A DNA stretch of 54,873 nucleotides from an uncultured Bifidobacteriaceae bacterium (lineage in GTDB: Bacteria; Acidobacteriota; Vicinamibacteria; Vicinamibacterales; UBA2999). Below the pieces are notes generated by a model, which was not told the DNA's origin, made no database searches, and worked only from the letters and a program-made list of their open reading frames with translations. Shown one piece after another: positions 43,367-53,700 of the stretch (position 1 is the stretch's first letter; each line of letters begins with the position of its first letter). A program made the translations under genes and the position numbers. The DNA lies in NCBI GenBank assembly GCA_964400405.1, contig CAYNUO010000007.1:1-54873 (forward strand), given 5' to 3'.

Positions 43367-46300
43367 TCAGCGCAACCGGACCGAGCCGGTTCCGCAGATC
43401 TGCTCCACGTCCGCCACGAGCCGCTCCGACGGCCGCACACGGATCTGGGCATTCACTTTTACATTGACGCGCAGGCCGCGCTCATCATCCTGCAGAAAGA
43501 GCGCCACGCGGCGGTCGCCCTTGTGCCGGGCGAGCACGTCCCACAACTGCTCGAACGTCTGCCGGCCGTGTCCGGGCGCGTGCAGCGTGATCGACACGGC
43601 CGTGCTCAGCTTCTCGCGAACCCGCTCGATCGGCTGCAGTTCGGCGGCCACGAGACGCGCGGACTCCGCGTCCCGCTCGAACTTGCCCTTGACCAGCAGC
43701 ATCGCGCCGTTCTCGGCGAGATGGCCGGACCCCTTGAAGGCTTCCGGGAAGACCACAACCTCCAGCCCGCCGTCGCGGTCGTCCAGCATGAAGACGCACA
43801 TGCGGTCGCCCTTGCGCGTCTTGAGCGGGCGAAGGCCGGAGACGATGCCGCCGACCGCGACATCCTCCGACACGCGCTCCATGACCGGCGGGGCGCCGGC
43901 GGTGTCGGCTGTCTCCCCCTCGGCCGCGTCCTCCTCCGCCACGCGCCGGATGCCGAGGCTGGCGATCGATCGGGCGCCGAAGTCGCGGAGGTCGTCGGCC
44001 CACCGGTCCACGGGATGTCCCGTCAGGAAAAGACCCAGCGTGTCTCGCTCGTGATTGAGGAGGTCGACCTCCGACCATGCCGGCGCCTCGGGCAGCGTAT
44101 GCGCCGGAGCCACCTCCGGCTCGTCGCCTCCGCCGAACAGGTCGCTCTGTCCGAGCGCCTTGTCGCGCTGCGTGCGGGCGCCATGCTCGGTCGCGGACTC
44201 GATCGAGGCGAACAGGCGCGCCCGGTCGCGGGCCAGAACCGTGATCCGGTCACCACCGCCGCGGGAGCCCTCCGGCAGCAGCGAATCACACGCCCCCGAC
44301 TTGACCAGCGCTTCGAACACCCGCTTGTTGGCGAGGCGCATGTCGAGAATCTCGCAGAGCGCGTGGAGGCTCGGAATGCGTCCACCCAACGCGGCGCGCG
44401 CCTGCAGGATCGACTCGATCGCTCCTTCGCCGAGGCCCTTGATCGCGGTGAGTCCGAAGCGGACGCCCTTGCCGGGTTCCACGGAGAACCGGAGCTGGCT
44501 CTGATTGATGTCCGGCTGCAGCACCGGAACGCCGCGGTCGCGGCACTCCCCGAGATAGGTCGACAGCTTGTCGGCGTTCTGCGCCTCGATCGTCAGCAGC
44601 GCCGCGGCGAAGTGCCAGGGGTAGTTCGCCTTGAGATATGCCGTCTGATACGCCAGATAGGCGTAGGCCGTCGAGTGCGACTTGTTGAAGCCGTACCCGG
44701 CGAAGTACTCCATCAGGTCGAAGATCTTCGTGGCCTTCTTCTCGCTGATGTCCTTGGCGCTGGCGCCGGCCATGAAGGCCTCGCGCTGCTTGGCCATGAC
44801 CTTCGGGTCCTTCTTGCCCATCGCCTTGCGCAGCATGTCGGCCTGGGCGAGGGAGAAGCCCGCCAGGGCCTGCGCGATGAGCATCACCTGCTCCTGGTAG
44901 GCGATGACGCCGTAGGTGTCCTGCAGGATCGGCGCGAGCTGCGGAAGGTCGTACTTGACCTCCTTGAGCCCCTGTTTGCGCGCGATGTAGTCGTCCACCA
45001 TGCCCGACTTCAGCGGGCCCGGCCGGTAGAGCGCGTTGAGCGCGATCAGGTCGTCGAGACGCTCGGGCCTCGCCTTGCGCAGCAGTTCCCGCATGCCCGA
45101 GCTCTCGAACTGGAAGATGCCGTGCGCGGCACCCTCCTGGAACACGCGGTAGGTCTTTGCATCGTCGAGCGGGATCGCGTCGATGTCGAGGTCGACTCCC
45201 TCCGTGCGCTTGATCTCCTTGATCGCATCGTCGATGAGCGTCAGCGTGCTGAGGCCCAGGAAGTCCATCTTCAGGAGGCCGACACGCTCGACCTCCTTCA
45301 TGTTCCACTGCGTGACGATTTCGTCCCGTGACCCTTTGTAGAGAGGCGCGTAGTCGGTGATCGGGCCCGGCGCGATCACGACGCCGGCCGCGTGCACCGA
45401 GGCGTGCCGGGACATGCCCTCCAGACGCCGGCCGATGTCGAGCACTTCCTTGACCTTGGCGTCCTTGGCCGCCATGTCCTTGAGCACCGGGTTCTCGGCC
45501 AGCGCCTTGTCGAGCGTCATGTCGAGCGCCGGCGGAATCTGCTTCGCGATCCGGTCGACGTCGGCAAACGGCATGTCGAGCGCGCGGCCGACGTCGCGGA
45601 TGACGGCCTTCGCCTTCATCGTGCCGAACGTGATGATCTGCGCCACGTTCTCGCGGCCGTACTTCTGCGTGACGTAGTCGATCACCTCGCCGCGCCGGCG
45701 CTCGCAGAAGTCGACGTCGATATCGGGCATCGACACGCGCTCGGGGTTCAGGAAGCGCTCGAACAGCAGGTCGTAGTCGATCGGGTCGACGTCCGTGATG
45801 CGCAGGCACCACGCGACCAGCGAGCCGGCCGCCGACCCGCGGCCGGGGCCGACGGGGATGCCCTTCTCGCGGCCGTACCGGATGAAATCCCAGACGATCA
45901 GGAAGTAGCCGGTGTAGCCCATCTTCTTGATCATCGCGATCTCGTAGTCGAGACGGGTCTCGTACTCCTCGATCGTGTGCCGGAGCTGTCCGGCGGCCTT
46001 GAGCTGCTGCAACCGCGTGAGGCGCTGCGCGAACCCTTCCCGGGCGACCTGCTCGAAGTACTGGTCGAGCGTCATGCCCTCGGGCACGCCGAAGGTCGGC
46101 AGGTGATTGACGCCCTTCGGGATGTGCACGTTGGCGCGTTCGGCGATGAGGAGCGTGTTCTTCAGCGCATCCTCGTGGCCGTTGAAGACCTCGGCCATCT
46201 GATCAGCCGTCTTCAGGAAGAACTGGTCGCCCGTGTAGCGAAGGCGTTTCGCGTCGGTGACCGTCTTGCCCGACCCGATGCAGAGCAGGATGTCGTGCGG

Positions 46301-46945
46301 CTGGTGGTCGCCGTGCCGCAGATAGTGGACATCGTTGGTCGCGACGAGCGGCAGATTCAGTTCACGCGCGAGCGGAATCAGTCCCCGGTTGACGACCAGC
46401 TGCTCCTCGATGCCCTGGTACTGCATCTCCAGGAAGAAGTTGTCGGGCCCCAGGATGTCGCGCAGCCGCGCGGCCGCCTCGAGCGCCGGGCGGGCCTGCT
46501 CCACCTTCAACGCGCTGGCAACCTCGCCCTTGAGGCAGCTGCTCAGCCCGATGAGGCCCTTCGAGTGCTGCGCGAGCAGTTCCTTGTCGATGCGGGGACG
46601 GTAGTAGAAGCCTTCCGTGTAGCCTGCGGACGACAGCTTGATGAGGTTCTGCCAGCCCTCGTAGGTCTCGGCCAGCAGCACGAGGTGGTTCGTCTCGGTC
46701 TGCGGGCCGCTCTTTTCGAAGCGGCTGCCCTGCGCCACATAGACCTCGCACCCGAGAATCGGGTTCAGGCCGCGGTCGCGCGCGTGGTCGTGAAAGACCA
46801 CCGAGGAGAACATGTTGCCGTGCTCGGTCACCGCGAGCGCGGGCATCTTCAGCTTGACGGCTTCGTCCAGGAGTTCGTCGATGCGGCAGGCGCCGTCGAG
46901 CAGCGAGAACTCGGTGTGGAGGTGCAGGTGGACGAACTCGGCCAC
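43367..46945 (-). CDS. dnaE: DNA polymerase III subunit alpha
   Basis: GTG start giving VAEFVHLHLHTEFSLLDGA (PHP domain), a polymerase core, and a C-terminal OB fold. About 1192 aa. The track start at 47023 overlaps guaA. Confidence 0.96.
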   Translation of the reverse strand: MAEFVHLHLHTEFSLLDGACRIDELLDEAVKLKMPALAVTEHGNMFSSVVFHDHARDRGLNPILGCEVYVAQGSRFEKSGPQTETNHLVLLAETYEGWQNLIKLSSAGYTEGFYYRPRIDKELLAQHSKGLIGLSSCLKGEVASALKVEQARPALEAAARLRDILGPDNFFLEMQYQGIEEQLVVNRGLIPLARELNLPLVATNDVHYLRHGDHQPHDILLCIGSGKTVTDAKRLRYTGDQFFLKTADQMAEVFNGHEDALKNTLLIAERANVHIPKGVNHLPTFGVPEGMTLDQYFEQVAREGFAQRLTRLQQLKAAGQLRHTIEEYETRLDYEIAMIKKMGYTGYFLIVWDFIRYGREKGIPVGPGRGSAAGSLVAWCLRITDVDPIDYDLLFERFLNPERVSMPDIDVDFCERRRGEVIDYVTQKYGRENVAQIITFGTMKAKAVIRDVGRALDMPFADVDRIAKQIPPALDMTLDKALAENPVLKDMAAKDAKVKEVLDIGRRLEGMSRHASVHAAGVVIAPGPITDYAPLYKGSRDEIVTQWNMKEVERVGLLKMDFLGLSTLTLIDDAIKEIKRTEGVDLDIDAIPLDDAKTYRVFQEGAAHGIFQFESSGMRELLRKARPERLDDLIALNALYRPGPLKSGMVDDYIARKQGLKEVKYDLPQLAPILQDTYGVIAYQEQVMLIAQALAGFSLAQADMLRKAMGKKDPKVMAKQREAFMAGASAKDISEKKATKIFDLMEYFAGYGFNKSHSTAYAYLAYQTAYLKANYPWHFAAALLTIEAQNADKLSTYLGECRDRGVPVLQPDINQSQLRFSVEPGKGVRFGLTAIKGLGEGAIESILQARAALGGRIPSLHALCEILDMRLANKRVFEALVKSGACDSLLPEGSRGGGDRITVLARDRARLFASIESATEHGARTQRDKALGQSDLFGGGDEPEVAPAHTLPEAPAWSEVDLLNHERDTLGLFLTGHPVDRWADDLRDFGARSIASLGIRRVAEEDAAEGETADTAGAPPVMERVSEDVAVGGIVSGLRPLKTRKGDRMCVFMLDDRDGGLEVVVFPEAFKGSGHLAENGAMLLVKGKFERDAESARLVAAELQPIERVREKLSTAVSITLHAPGHGRQTFEQLWDVLARHKGDRRVALFLQDDERGLRVNVKVNAQIRVRPSERLVADVEQICGTGSVRLR

Positions 46946-46949
46946 GCGG

Positions 46950-48500
46950 CTACTCCCACTCGATCGTCGACGGCGGCTTCGAGCTGATGTCGTACACGAC
47001 GCGGTTGATGCCCCGCACTTCATTGACGATGCGCGAGGAGATCGTCGCCAGCAGGTCGTGCGGCAGGCGGGCCCAGTCCGCGGTCATGCCGTCCAGGCTC
47101 TCCACCGCGCGGATCGCGATCGTGTATTCGTAGGTGCGGGCATCGCCCATCACGCCGACGCTCTGCACCGGCAGCAGCACCGCGAAGCTCTGCCAGACCT
47201 TCGTGTACCAGCCGGCGTTGCGGATCTCCTCCGCGACGATCTTGTCCGCGAGGCGCAGCAGGTCGAGCTTGGGGCGCGTCAGGTCGCCGATCACGCGGAC
47301 CGCAAGCCCCGGTCCCGGGAACGGCTGCCGGATCACGAATTCCTCGTCGAGGCCGAGGTCGCGTCCGACGCGGCGCACCTCGTCCTTGAACAGGTCGCGC
47401 AGCGGCTCGACCAGCTTGAACTTCATGCGCTCCGGCAGGCCGCCCACGTTGTGGTGGCTCTTGATCACGACGGCGGTGCCGTGCACGCCCGACGACTCGA
47501 TCACGTCCGGATAGAGCGTGCCCTGCCCGAGGAAGTCGAAGTTGCCGAGCTCGTTGGCGCGCTTCTCGAAGACGTCGATGAACGTGCCCCCGATGACCTT
47601 CCGCTTCTGCTCGGGGTCGGTGATACCGGCCAGGCGCTCCAGGAAAAGGTCGCTCGCGTCGACGAACTCGAGCGGAAGGTGCATCTTCTCGCGGAACCGC
47701 TTGTTGATCTGCTGCGCCTCTTCGTACCGCAGGAGCCCGTTGTCCACGAAGATGCAGGTCAGCCGATCGCCAATCGCGCGGTGAATCAGCAGCGCCGCGA
47801 CGGTGGAATCGACACCACCCGACAGCCCGCAGACCACGCGCCCGTCACCCACCTGCGTGCGGATGCGCTCCGTGGCTTCCTCGATGAAGGACCGCGTGGT
47901 CCAGTCGCCCGTGCAGCCGCAGACGCCGTAGGCGAAGTTCTTCAACAGGTCGCTGCCGTGCTCGGTGTGCACGACCTCGGGATGGAAGAGCAGGCCGTAG
48001 AGACGCCGCGCGGCATCCTCCATCGCGGCGACCGGCACGCTGTTGCTCGTGGCCGCGACCGCAAAGCCAGGGGGCACCGAACCCACCGAGTCGCCGTGGC
48101 TCGCCCAGACGCGCAGCTTCGCTGGAACCTGCTGGAAGAGTGCCGGGCAGCCTTCCGCCGGCCGCGCAGCCACGTCGACATCGGCATGGCCGAACTCGCG
48201 GCGGTTCGACCGGACCACCTGTCCACCCAGCACGGCTGTCATCAGCTGCATGCCGTAGCAGATGCCGAGCACCGGGATGCCGAGGTCGAAGAGCGCGGCG
48301 TCGACCTTCGGTGCGCCGTCCTCCGACACGCTCTTCGGGCCGCCGGAGAGGATGAGGCCGACCGGATTCTTCGCCTTCAGCTTCTCGAGCGGCGTGCTGA
48401 ACGGCACGATCTCGCAGTAGACGGACAGTTCGCGGAGCCGGCGCCCGATGAGCTGGGTGTACTGGGAGCCGAAGTCGAGGACGAGGATGGTCTGATGCAC
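46950..48500 (-). CDS. guaA: GMP synthase (glutamine-hydrolysing)
   Basis: GATase [20 protein letters not shown] and [11 protein letters not shown]-PPase SGGVDS. C-terminus PPSTIEWE. Start set at GTG 48500. GTG 48530 or the track start 48584 are alternatives. Confidence 0.93.
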   Translation of the reverse strand: MHQTILVLDFGSQYTQLIGRRLRELSVYCEIVPFSTPLEKLKAKNPVGLILSGGPKSVSEDGAPKVDAALFDLGIPVLGICYGMQLMTAVLGGQVVRSNRREFGHADVDVAARPAEGCPALFQQVPAKLRVWASHGDSVGSVPPGFAVAATSNSVPVAAMEDAARRLYGLLFHPEVVHTEHGSDLLKNFAYGVCGCTGDWTTRSFIEEATERIRTQVGDGRVVCGLSGGVDSTVAALLIHRAIGDRLTCIFVDNGLLRYEEAQQINKRFREKMHLPLEFVDASDLFLERLAGITDPEQKRKVIGGTFIDVFEKRANELGNFDFLGQGTLYPDVIESSGVHGTAVVIKSHHNVGGLPERMKFKLVEPLRDLFKDEVRRVGRDLGLDEEFVIRQPFPGPGLAVRVIGDLTRPKLDLLRLADKIVAEEIRNAGWYTKVWQSFAVLLPVQSVGVMGDARTYEYTIAIRAVESLDGMTADWARLPHDLLATISSRIVNEVRGINRVVYDISSKPPSTIEWE

Positions 48501-48523
48501 TGGGATGGTGGCCGCGAAGGCAG

Positions 48524-48543
48524 TGCGCACCGGTCGGTGCGCA
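48524..48543. promoter_or_regulatory. 9-2-9 palindrome in the guaA leader / divergent promoter region (candidate operator or leader hairpin)
   Basis: tgcgcaccg gt cggtgcgca. The arms are perfect reverse complements. Lies between the guaA start (48500) and a TATAAT box. Confidence 0.4.
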
Positions 48544-48554
48544 TCCGCGAGGCT

Positions 48555-48560
48555 ATTATA
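48555..48560 (-). promoter_or_regulatory. Perfect TATAAT -10 hexamer on the minus strand upstream of guaA
   Basis: The plus strand reads attata at 48555-48560, which is TATAAT on the minus strand. Such a hexamer is rare in this GC-rich context. I did not find a good -35. Confidence 0.35.
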
Positions 48561-48564
48561 TGGC

Positions 48565-49785
48565 GTGGTTCGGACCTCGGGCACACCAACATCTTGTGTG
48601 CTGCTTGCCGTTGCGGCCCTTGCCGCGCTGCCGGGTGTCGACGTCGCGGCCGGTCAGGGCGCACGGTCGGCGCGGGAACGGCAGAGGCTCGAGCGCCCGG
48701 CGCCGCTCTTCCCGCTTGAACCGGCCTGGACGACGCCGCTGCCGGCCGCACCGGCCGCCGGACCCGCGATCGACGGCACCCGCGTCTACGTGCCCTTGAC
48801 CGACGGCACGTTGACAGCGGCCGACAGAGACTCCGGCGTCCTGCGCTGGACGGTGCCGGCCGAGGTCTCGCTGCCGCCCGCCCCCGCCGGAGACGCGGTG
48901 ATCACCGCAGGCGCGCGTCAGCTGACGGCGTACGACGCGGAGACCGGTGAGACGCGCTGGACGGCTGCTCTCGATGCGCCGCCCGCCTGGCTCGCCGTGG
49001 CGGACGGCCTGGCCCTGTTCGCTGTCGGCGACCGCGTGCACGCGCGCGACACCGCCACCGGCCGCGAGCGGTGGAGCCAGCAGCTTCCCGGCGCGTCACA
49101 CATTCCCGCCGCCGTCAGCGGCGGACACCTGGCGGTCGCCGACGTACAGGGCACCATCAGCCTGTTCGAGGGGTCGACCGGCCGCCTGCTGTGGAGACGT
49201 GCCGTGCCGGCCCGGACCGGCGCGCTCGCGATGCACGGAGACCGTGTCTTCGTCGGAACGGACGCGCGGGAGTTCCATGCGCTGGCCGTGTCCGACGGGA
49301 CGACGCGCTGGCAGTGGCGCACCGGCGGCGACGTCGCCGGAATCCGGGCCGATGGCGACCGCGTGTTCGTCACCACCCTCGACAACCTCATCAGGGCGCT
49401 CGACACCGCAAGCGGAAACCAGCGGTGGAAGGCGACGCTGAGCACGCGTCCGGCCGGGGCGCCGCTGCTGCTGACGAATCTGATCGTCGTGTCCGGCGTG
49501 GCACCGCGCGTCGAAGGGTTCGCACGGAAGACCGGCGCGGCCGCCGGCGTGGTGCTTCCGCCGGCCGAACTCGCAGGCGCACCGGCCCTGGCGCCGGACC
49601 TGGAACCCTATCGCGTGGCGCTGGTCGTCGCGACGCGTGCCGCGGTGCTGAGCGGATACCGGCCGGAGCGGATGATGTTCCGCGAGCCCCGGACCGCTCC
49701 GCTCACCGCGCTGCCTGGGCGTCGGCTGGTGCCGGAGCCGGCAGTGAATCGCGCACCCCTTCCGCCGCCTCCCGCGCGGCCCTGA
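48565..49785 (+). CDS. PQQ-like beta-propeller repeat protein (BamB-like fold), secreted
   Basis: Repeated blade motifs ([82 protein letters not shown]). Hydrophobic signal [12 protein letters not shown]. No lipobox, so not confidently BamB. Start (GTG 48565) is uncertain. Confidence 0.78.
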   Translation: MVRTSGTPTSCVLLAVAALAALPGVDVAAGQGARSARERQRLERPAPLFPLEPAWTTPLPAAPAAGPAIDGTRVYVPLTDGTLTAADRDSGVLRWTVPAEVSLPPAPAGDAVITAGARQLTAYDAETGETRWTAALDAPPAWLAVADGLALFAVGDRVHARDTATGRERWSQQLPGASHIPAAVSGGHLAVADVQGTISLFEGSTGRLLWRRAVPARTGALAMHGDRVFVGTDAREFHALAVSDGTTRWQWRTGGDVAGIRADGDRVFVTTLDNLIRALDTASGNQRWKATLSTRPAGAPLLLTNLIVVSGVAPRVEGFARKTGAAAGVVLPPAELAGAPALAPDLEPYRVALVVATRAAVLSGYRPERMMFREPRTAPLTALPGRRLVPEPAVNRAPLPPPPARP

Positions 49786-50704
49786 AGCAGGTCGCGTAGG
49801 CGCCGACGGCGCTCAGCTCGATGAACTGAAACACCAGCGCGCGGAAGAGCCACGCGGCCACCTGCAGCGGCAGCACCGTCAATCCGAAGAGGGGCACGAA
49901 GCCGATCAGGCCGAGCGCGGCCATTGCGACGATGGACACCACCGTGCCCACGGCCACGATGACCAGGACCACGACGAAGATCGACGCCACGCGGCGCCAC
50001 TCCGTGCGTCCGGCGCTCGCGATCTGTCGGAGGGCGTCCAGCACTTGCCGGTCCTGCGCGACGATCACGATCTGCGCGAGCAGATAGAGGAAGTTGACGA
50101 GGGTAATCCAGACGACGAACCCCGCCGAGAGCGCCGCACCGGCCATCAGGCCCCCCGCGCCCGCGATGGCGACGCCGGCGGCGAGGAAGAGACCGGCCGA
50201 CGCCGCGTACACCGCGAGCAGCAGCAGCCCGAGTCGGGTGTAGCGCGGAAAGAAGCGGCGGCAATCGGCGAAGAAGCTGTCCACGCCGAAAGTTGCCGCG
50301 GCGGCCATGTGCGCGAGCGGGTCGTGTGGGTCGTCGTGCTCCGGCACGGGCACCGGCAGGCGCTCGCTCTCGACGAGCGTGGCGATCGTGCCGCCCTTGA
50401 CCAGGAACATGAACGCCGAGCCCCCACCCATCACCACGGCGAGTGACAGGCCGAACGCCGCGAGCACCGTGGGCTGCGAGAGCAGCGCCCCCACGATGGT
50501 CGCCAGCAGATCCCGCGCATCCATCGACAGCAGGCGTTCGGGCTCGGCGCCGATCATGAGTGCGAGGAAGACCACGCCCCCGACGGTCGGGACGGCGATG
50601 AGCAGCTTGAAGATGGAATCGGCGGCCGACTGAATCGCGGTGACCTGCCAGTTCGCGGCGGCGACGAGCATGCCTCGCTTCAGGAGCGGGCGAACAGCGA
50701 CCAT
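49703..50704 (-). CDS. Polytopic inner-membrane protein of unknown function
   Basis: 333 aa with at least six long hydrophobic segments (e.g. LIAVPTVGGVVFLALMIG, LGLLLLAVYAASAGLFLAAGVAIAGAGGL, IFVVVLVIVAVGTVVSIVAMAALGLIGFV). No family recognised. Confidence 0.7.
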   Translation of the reverse strand: MVAVRPLLKRGMLVAAANWQVTAIQSAADSIFKLLIAVPTVGGVVFLALMIGAEPERLLSMDARDLLATIVGALLSQPTVLAAFGLSLAVVMGGGSAFMFLVKGGTIATLVESERLPVPVPEHDDPHDPLAHMAAAATFGVDSFFADCRRFFPRYTRLGLLLLAVYAASAGLFLAAGVAIAGAGGLMAGAALSAGFVVWITLVNFLYLLAQIVIVAQDRQVLDALRQIASAGRTEWRRVASIFVVVLVIVAVGTVVSIVAMAALGLIGFVPLFGLTVLPLQVAAWLFRALVFQFIELSAVGAYATCFRAAREAAEGVRDSLPAPAPADAQAAR

Positions 50705-50740
50705 GCCCGCCTAGTATCACTCATCCCGTATTCTGGTCCC

Positions 50741-53700
50741 GTGTCCGGCACTGGAGATGCGCCGCGTGTCGCGCCGCCGTGGCGCGCCCTCGCGTGGCGA
50801 TTCGGCGTCGCTGTCGCCGGCGCGCTGCTGACCTGGGGCGGCGGCACGCTGCTCGGACGGTGGACCGCCCCGGCCGGCGAGGAGACCGCCCGTGCGGCGG
50901 CGCGGGCACACGCGGGCGCCCGCCACGTGCTGGCGGCGATGGAAGGCGCGGCGCGCGACGCGCGGGAGGTCCCGCTGGAGTCCCCGCTGTCGAGCGCAGG
51001 CGCCAGCCGCGCCTTCCTCGCGCTCGGCGCGGTGCGCGAGCGTCAGGCGTCGCGGCCGTCAGAGGGTGCGGATCTCTCCGGGCTCGGCGTCTCCCTGGTC
51101 GATGCGGATGGGCGCCCGCTGGCGTGGGCCGGCCGTGCGATGCGCCGCACGGCGGCGTTGGCCAGCCCGGCGAGGCCCGTCTGGCGCATGGCAGAGGCGC
51201 CCAGCGGGATCGAGATCACCCGCATCGAGTGCCGTGGCCCGTGGGCCGCGGATGGGTGCCCGATGATGGTGGTGGAGTGGTGGCTTCCCTTCGCCGACGG
51301 CGACGCGAGCGCCCAGGTCGTCGAGCTTGGTGGCCAGCACGTCACGCTGGTCGAGCCTGACGGCAGCGGTCTGGCGATGACACCGGTGGCGATTGCCGCC
51401 CCGGACGGCACGCCGCTGTTGAGCGGCACGATCGCACCACGCGATCTGATCCTGCAGGGCCGGCGCTGGCCGCTGGCCGTGCGTTCGGCGGCCCTGACTC
51501 TCTTCGCCCTGGGGTGCCTTTCGCTGATCGGTCCGCTGCGGCGGTGGCGCGCGACGCGCGCGCCGTCGGCGCGCATGCTGCCGGCGCTGCTGACCGCCGT
51601 CCCGTCCGTCGCGGCGTGGCTGACCCTGTGGCTCGCCTCACCCGCGGAGTGGTGGCCGCACGACGCGCTGTCGGGCGTGCGATACGCGTCGGCCGGGTTG
51701 CCGTTCGTCCGGTCGCCGTTTGACGCGGCGCTCGCGGCGGCGCTGGCTCTGGCGATCGCGTGGACGCTCGCGGAGGTCGCGGCCGGCAGCGTCCGGCGGC
51801 GGCGGAAGACACATGCCCTGCACGTGCGCGCCGTCGTGGGCGGCGTCGCAGCAGCACTCCTGGCGCACGCATCCACGTGGGTGCTGCGCGACGCGGTCGG
51901 CAGTTCGACCCTCGACCTCCGTCAGTTCTCGCTGCTCACGTGGAATCCGGCGCGCGTGCTGCTGCAGTCCGGCCTGCTGGGTGTGGTCGTTGCGCTGATG
52001 CTGCTGGCGGTCGTCGGGCTGCGGGGACGGCGCCCGTGGCGCCGCCCTCCGCTGGTGCACGGGCTGCTGTGGCTGGCACCGGCGCTGGCCGTCTGGCTGC
52101 TGGATCGCGAATGGGCGGCGCTGCTGCTCGCCGTGACGGCGGTCTGCGCGGCCGCATCCGCGCATCGGGTCACGGGCGCCGTCGGGCGGCGTGCCGCGGG
52201 GCGCCGGGTCGCGGTCGCGGCAGCGTTGCTGGCGGCGGCCACGGGCGCCATGTACCTCGAGCTGTTCCGCACGTCCACCACTGCGGCCCACGAGCAGGTG
52301 GCGACCCGCCTCGCCGCGGAGGTGCTGAACCAGCGGGAAGCCGTGAAGACGCGGCTTCAGCAGGCGATGGATGACGTGGATGCCCTGGAGGGACTGAACG
52401 CGCTGGTCGGCGGCGCGGCACCCGGCCCGGCCGATGCCGACCGGGCCTTTGGCGTCTGGCAGGCCACCGCGCTGGCCGCGCCGGTGAGCTCCTCCCTCGA
52501 ACTGGCGGATGCGGATGGTGCGTTGCTGAGCCGCTTCGCGTTCAACCTCCCGGACGAGACCGCGGGCGCCCGGCCGGCTGGCGACAGCGGCTGCGAGTGG
52601 ACCGTCTCCGAAGAGGTCTCGCCGTTCTTCGGTGAGGACCGGCGCGTCTGGCGCGCGTCGCGCGCCGTCTGTCAGGCCGGCGGGACGCCATCCGGCTTCA
52701 TCACCATCCAGGCGACCGTGGATCGGTCCGACCTTCCGTTTCTCGCACCAGTCCGGCCGTACGCGGAGCTGCAGCGGCGGTCGGGGCATCTGCCGGCGCG
52801 CGACATGCTCGGCCACGACGTCGAGTACACGGTTTACGGCTGGAGCGGCCGGCCGCTCTACGCCTCCCGCCCGGCCGGCTGGGCTCTCGCCCCCGACGCG
52901 CTGGCGATGGCCGCCGGTACCCGTGCCGGATTCTGGACACGGCTGACGCGCGGACAGGAGCCGTACGACGTCTTCGTGTTCAACGACCGCGGTGCCATTC
53001 ACGCGCTCGGCCTGCCGGTGGCCGGGTGGCTCGCGCACGTGACGGCGGCGGCCGAGGCCCTCGTGCTGTGCGGACTCTGCGCGACGCTGATCGGGCTGGG
53101 CATCGCCGTCCTTCGCTGGCGCCCGGTCTCGGCGCGGCGTCTGTGGCGGGCCGCCGCGTCGAGTTATTACCGCCGCCTGCTCGTGGCCCTGATCGCGGCC
53201 GCTGTCGTGCCGGTCGCAGGACTGGCCCTGCTCTTCCGGGCGTCGGTGGCCGCGCAGATGCGGGTATCGCTGGAACAGGAGGCCGTCCGCACGGCGTCGG
53301 CGGCGGAGCGGGCCATCGCCGACCTCGCCGCGACGCCCGGCGGCACCGTGGACGACGATCTGATGGTCCGGGTCAGCCGTCTGGTCGGCGCGGACGTGAA
53401 CGTGTACGAGGGTGCCCAGCTCCTCGCCACCAGCGGGCGGACGCTCTTCGCCTCCGGACTCCTGCCGCCGCGACCGCCGGAGGGCGTCTATCGCGACATC
53501 GTCCTGGGTCTCCGCGCGGAGTCCGTGATCGAGAGCGTGCTCGGCGACGTCCACTACCTCACCGTGGGCGTGCCTGCCGGCGCGTCGCGCGTTCCGCGTC
53601 TCGTGACCGTTCCGCTGCCGTTGCGTCAGGAGTCCGCCGAGGCGGAGATGGCGATCCTGGATCGCCGGGTCCTGCTCGTCGCGCTCTTCTTCGTGCTGGC

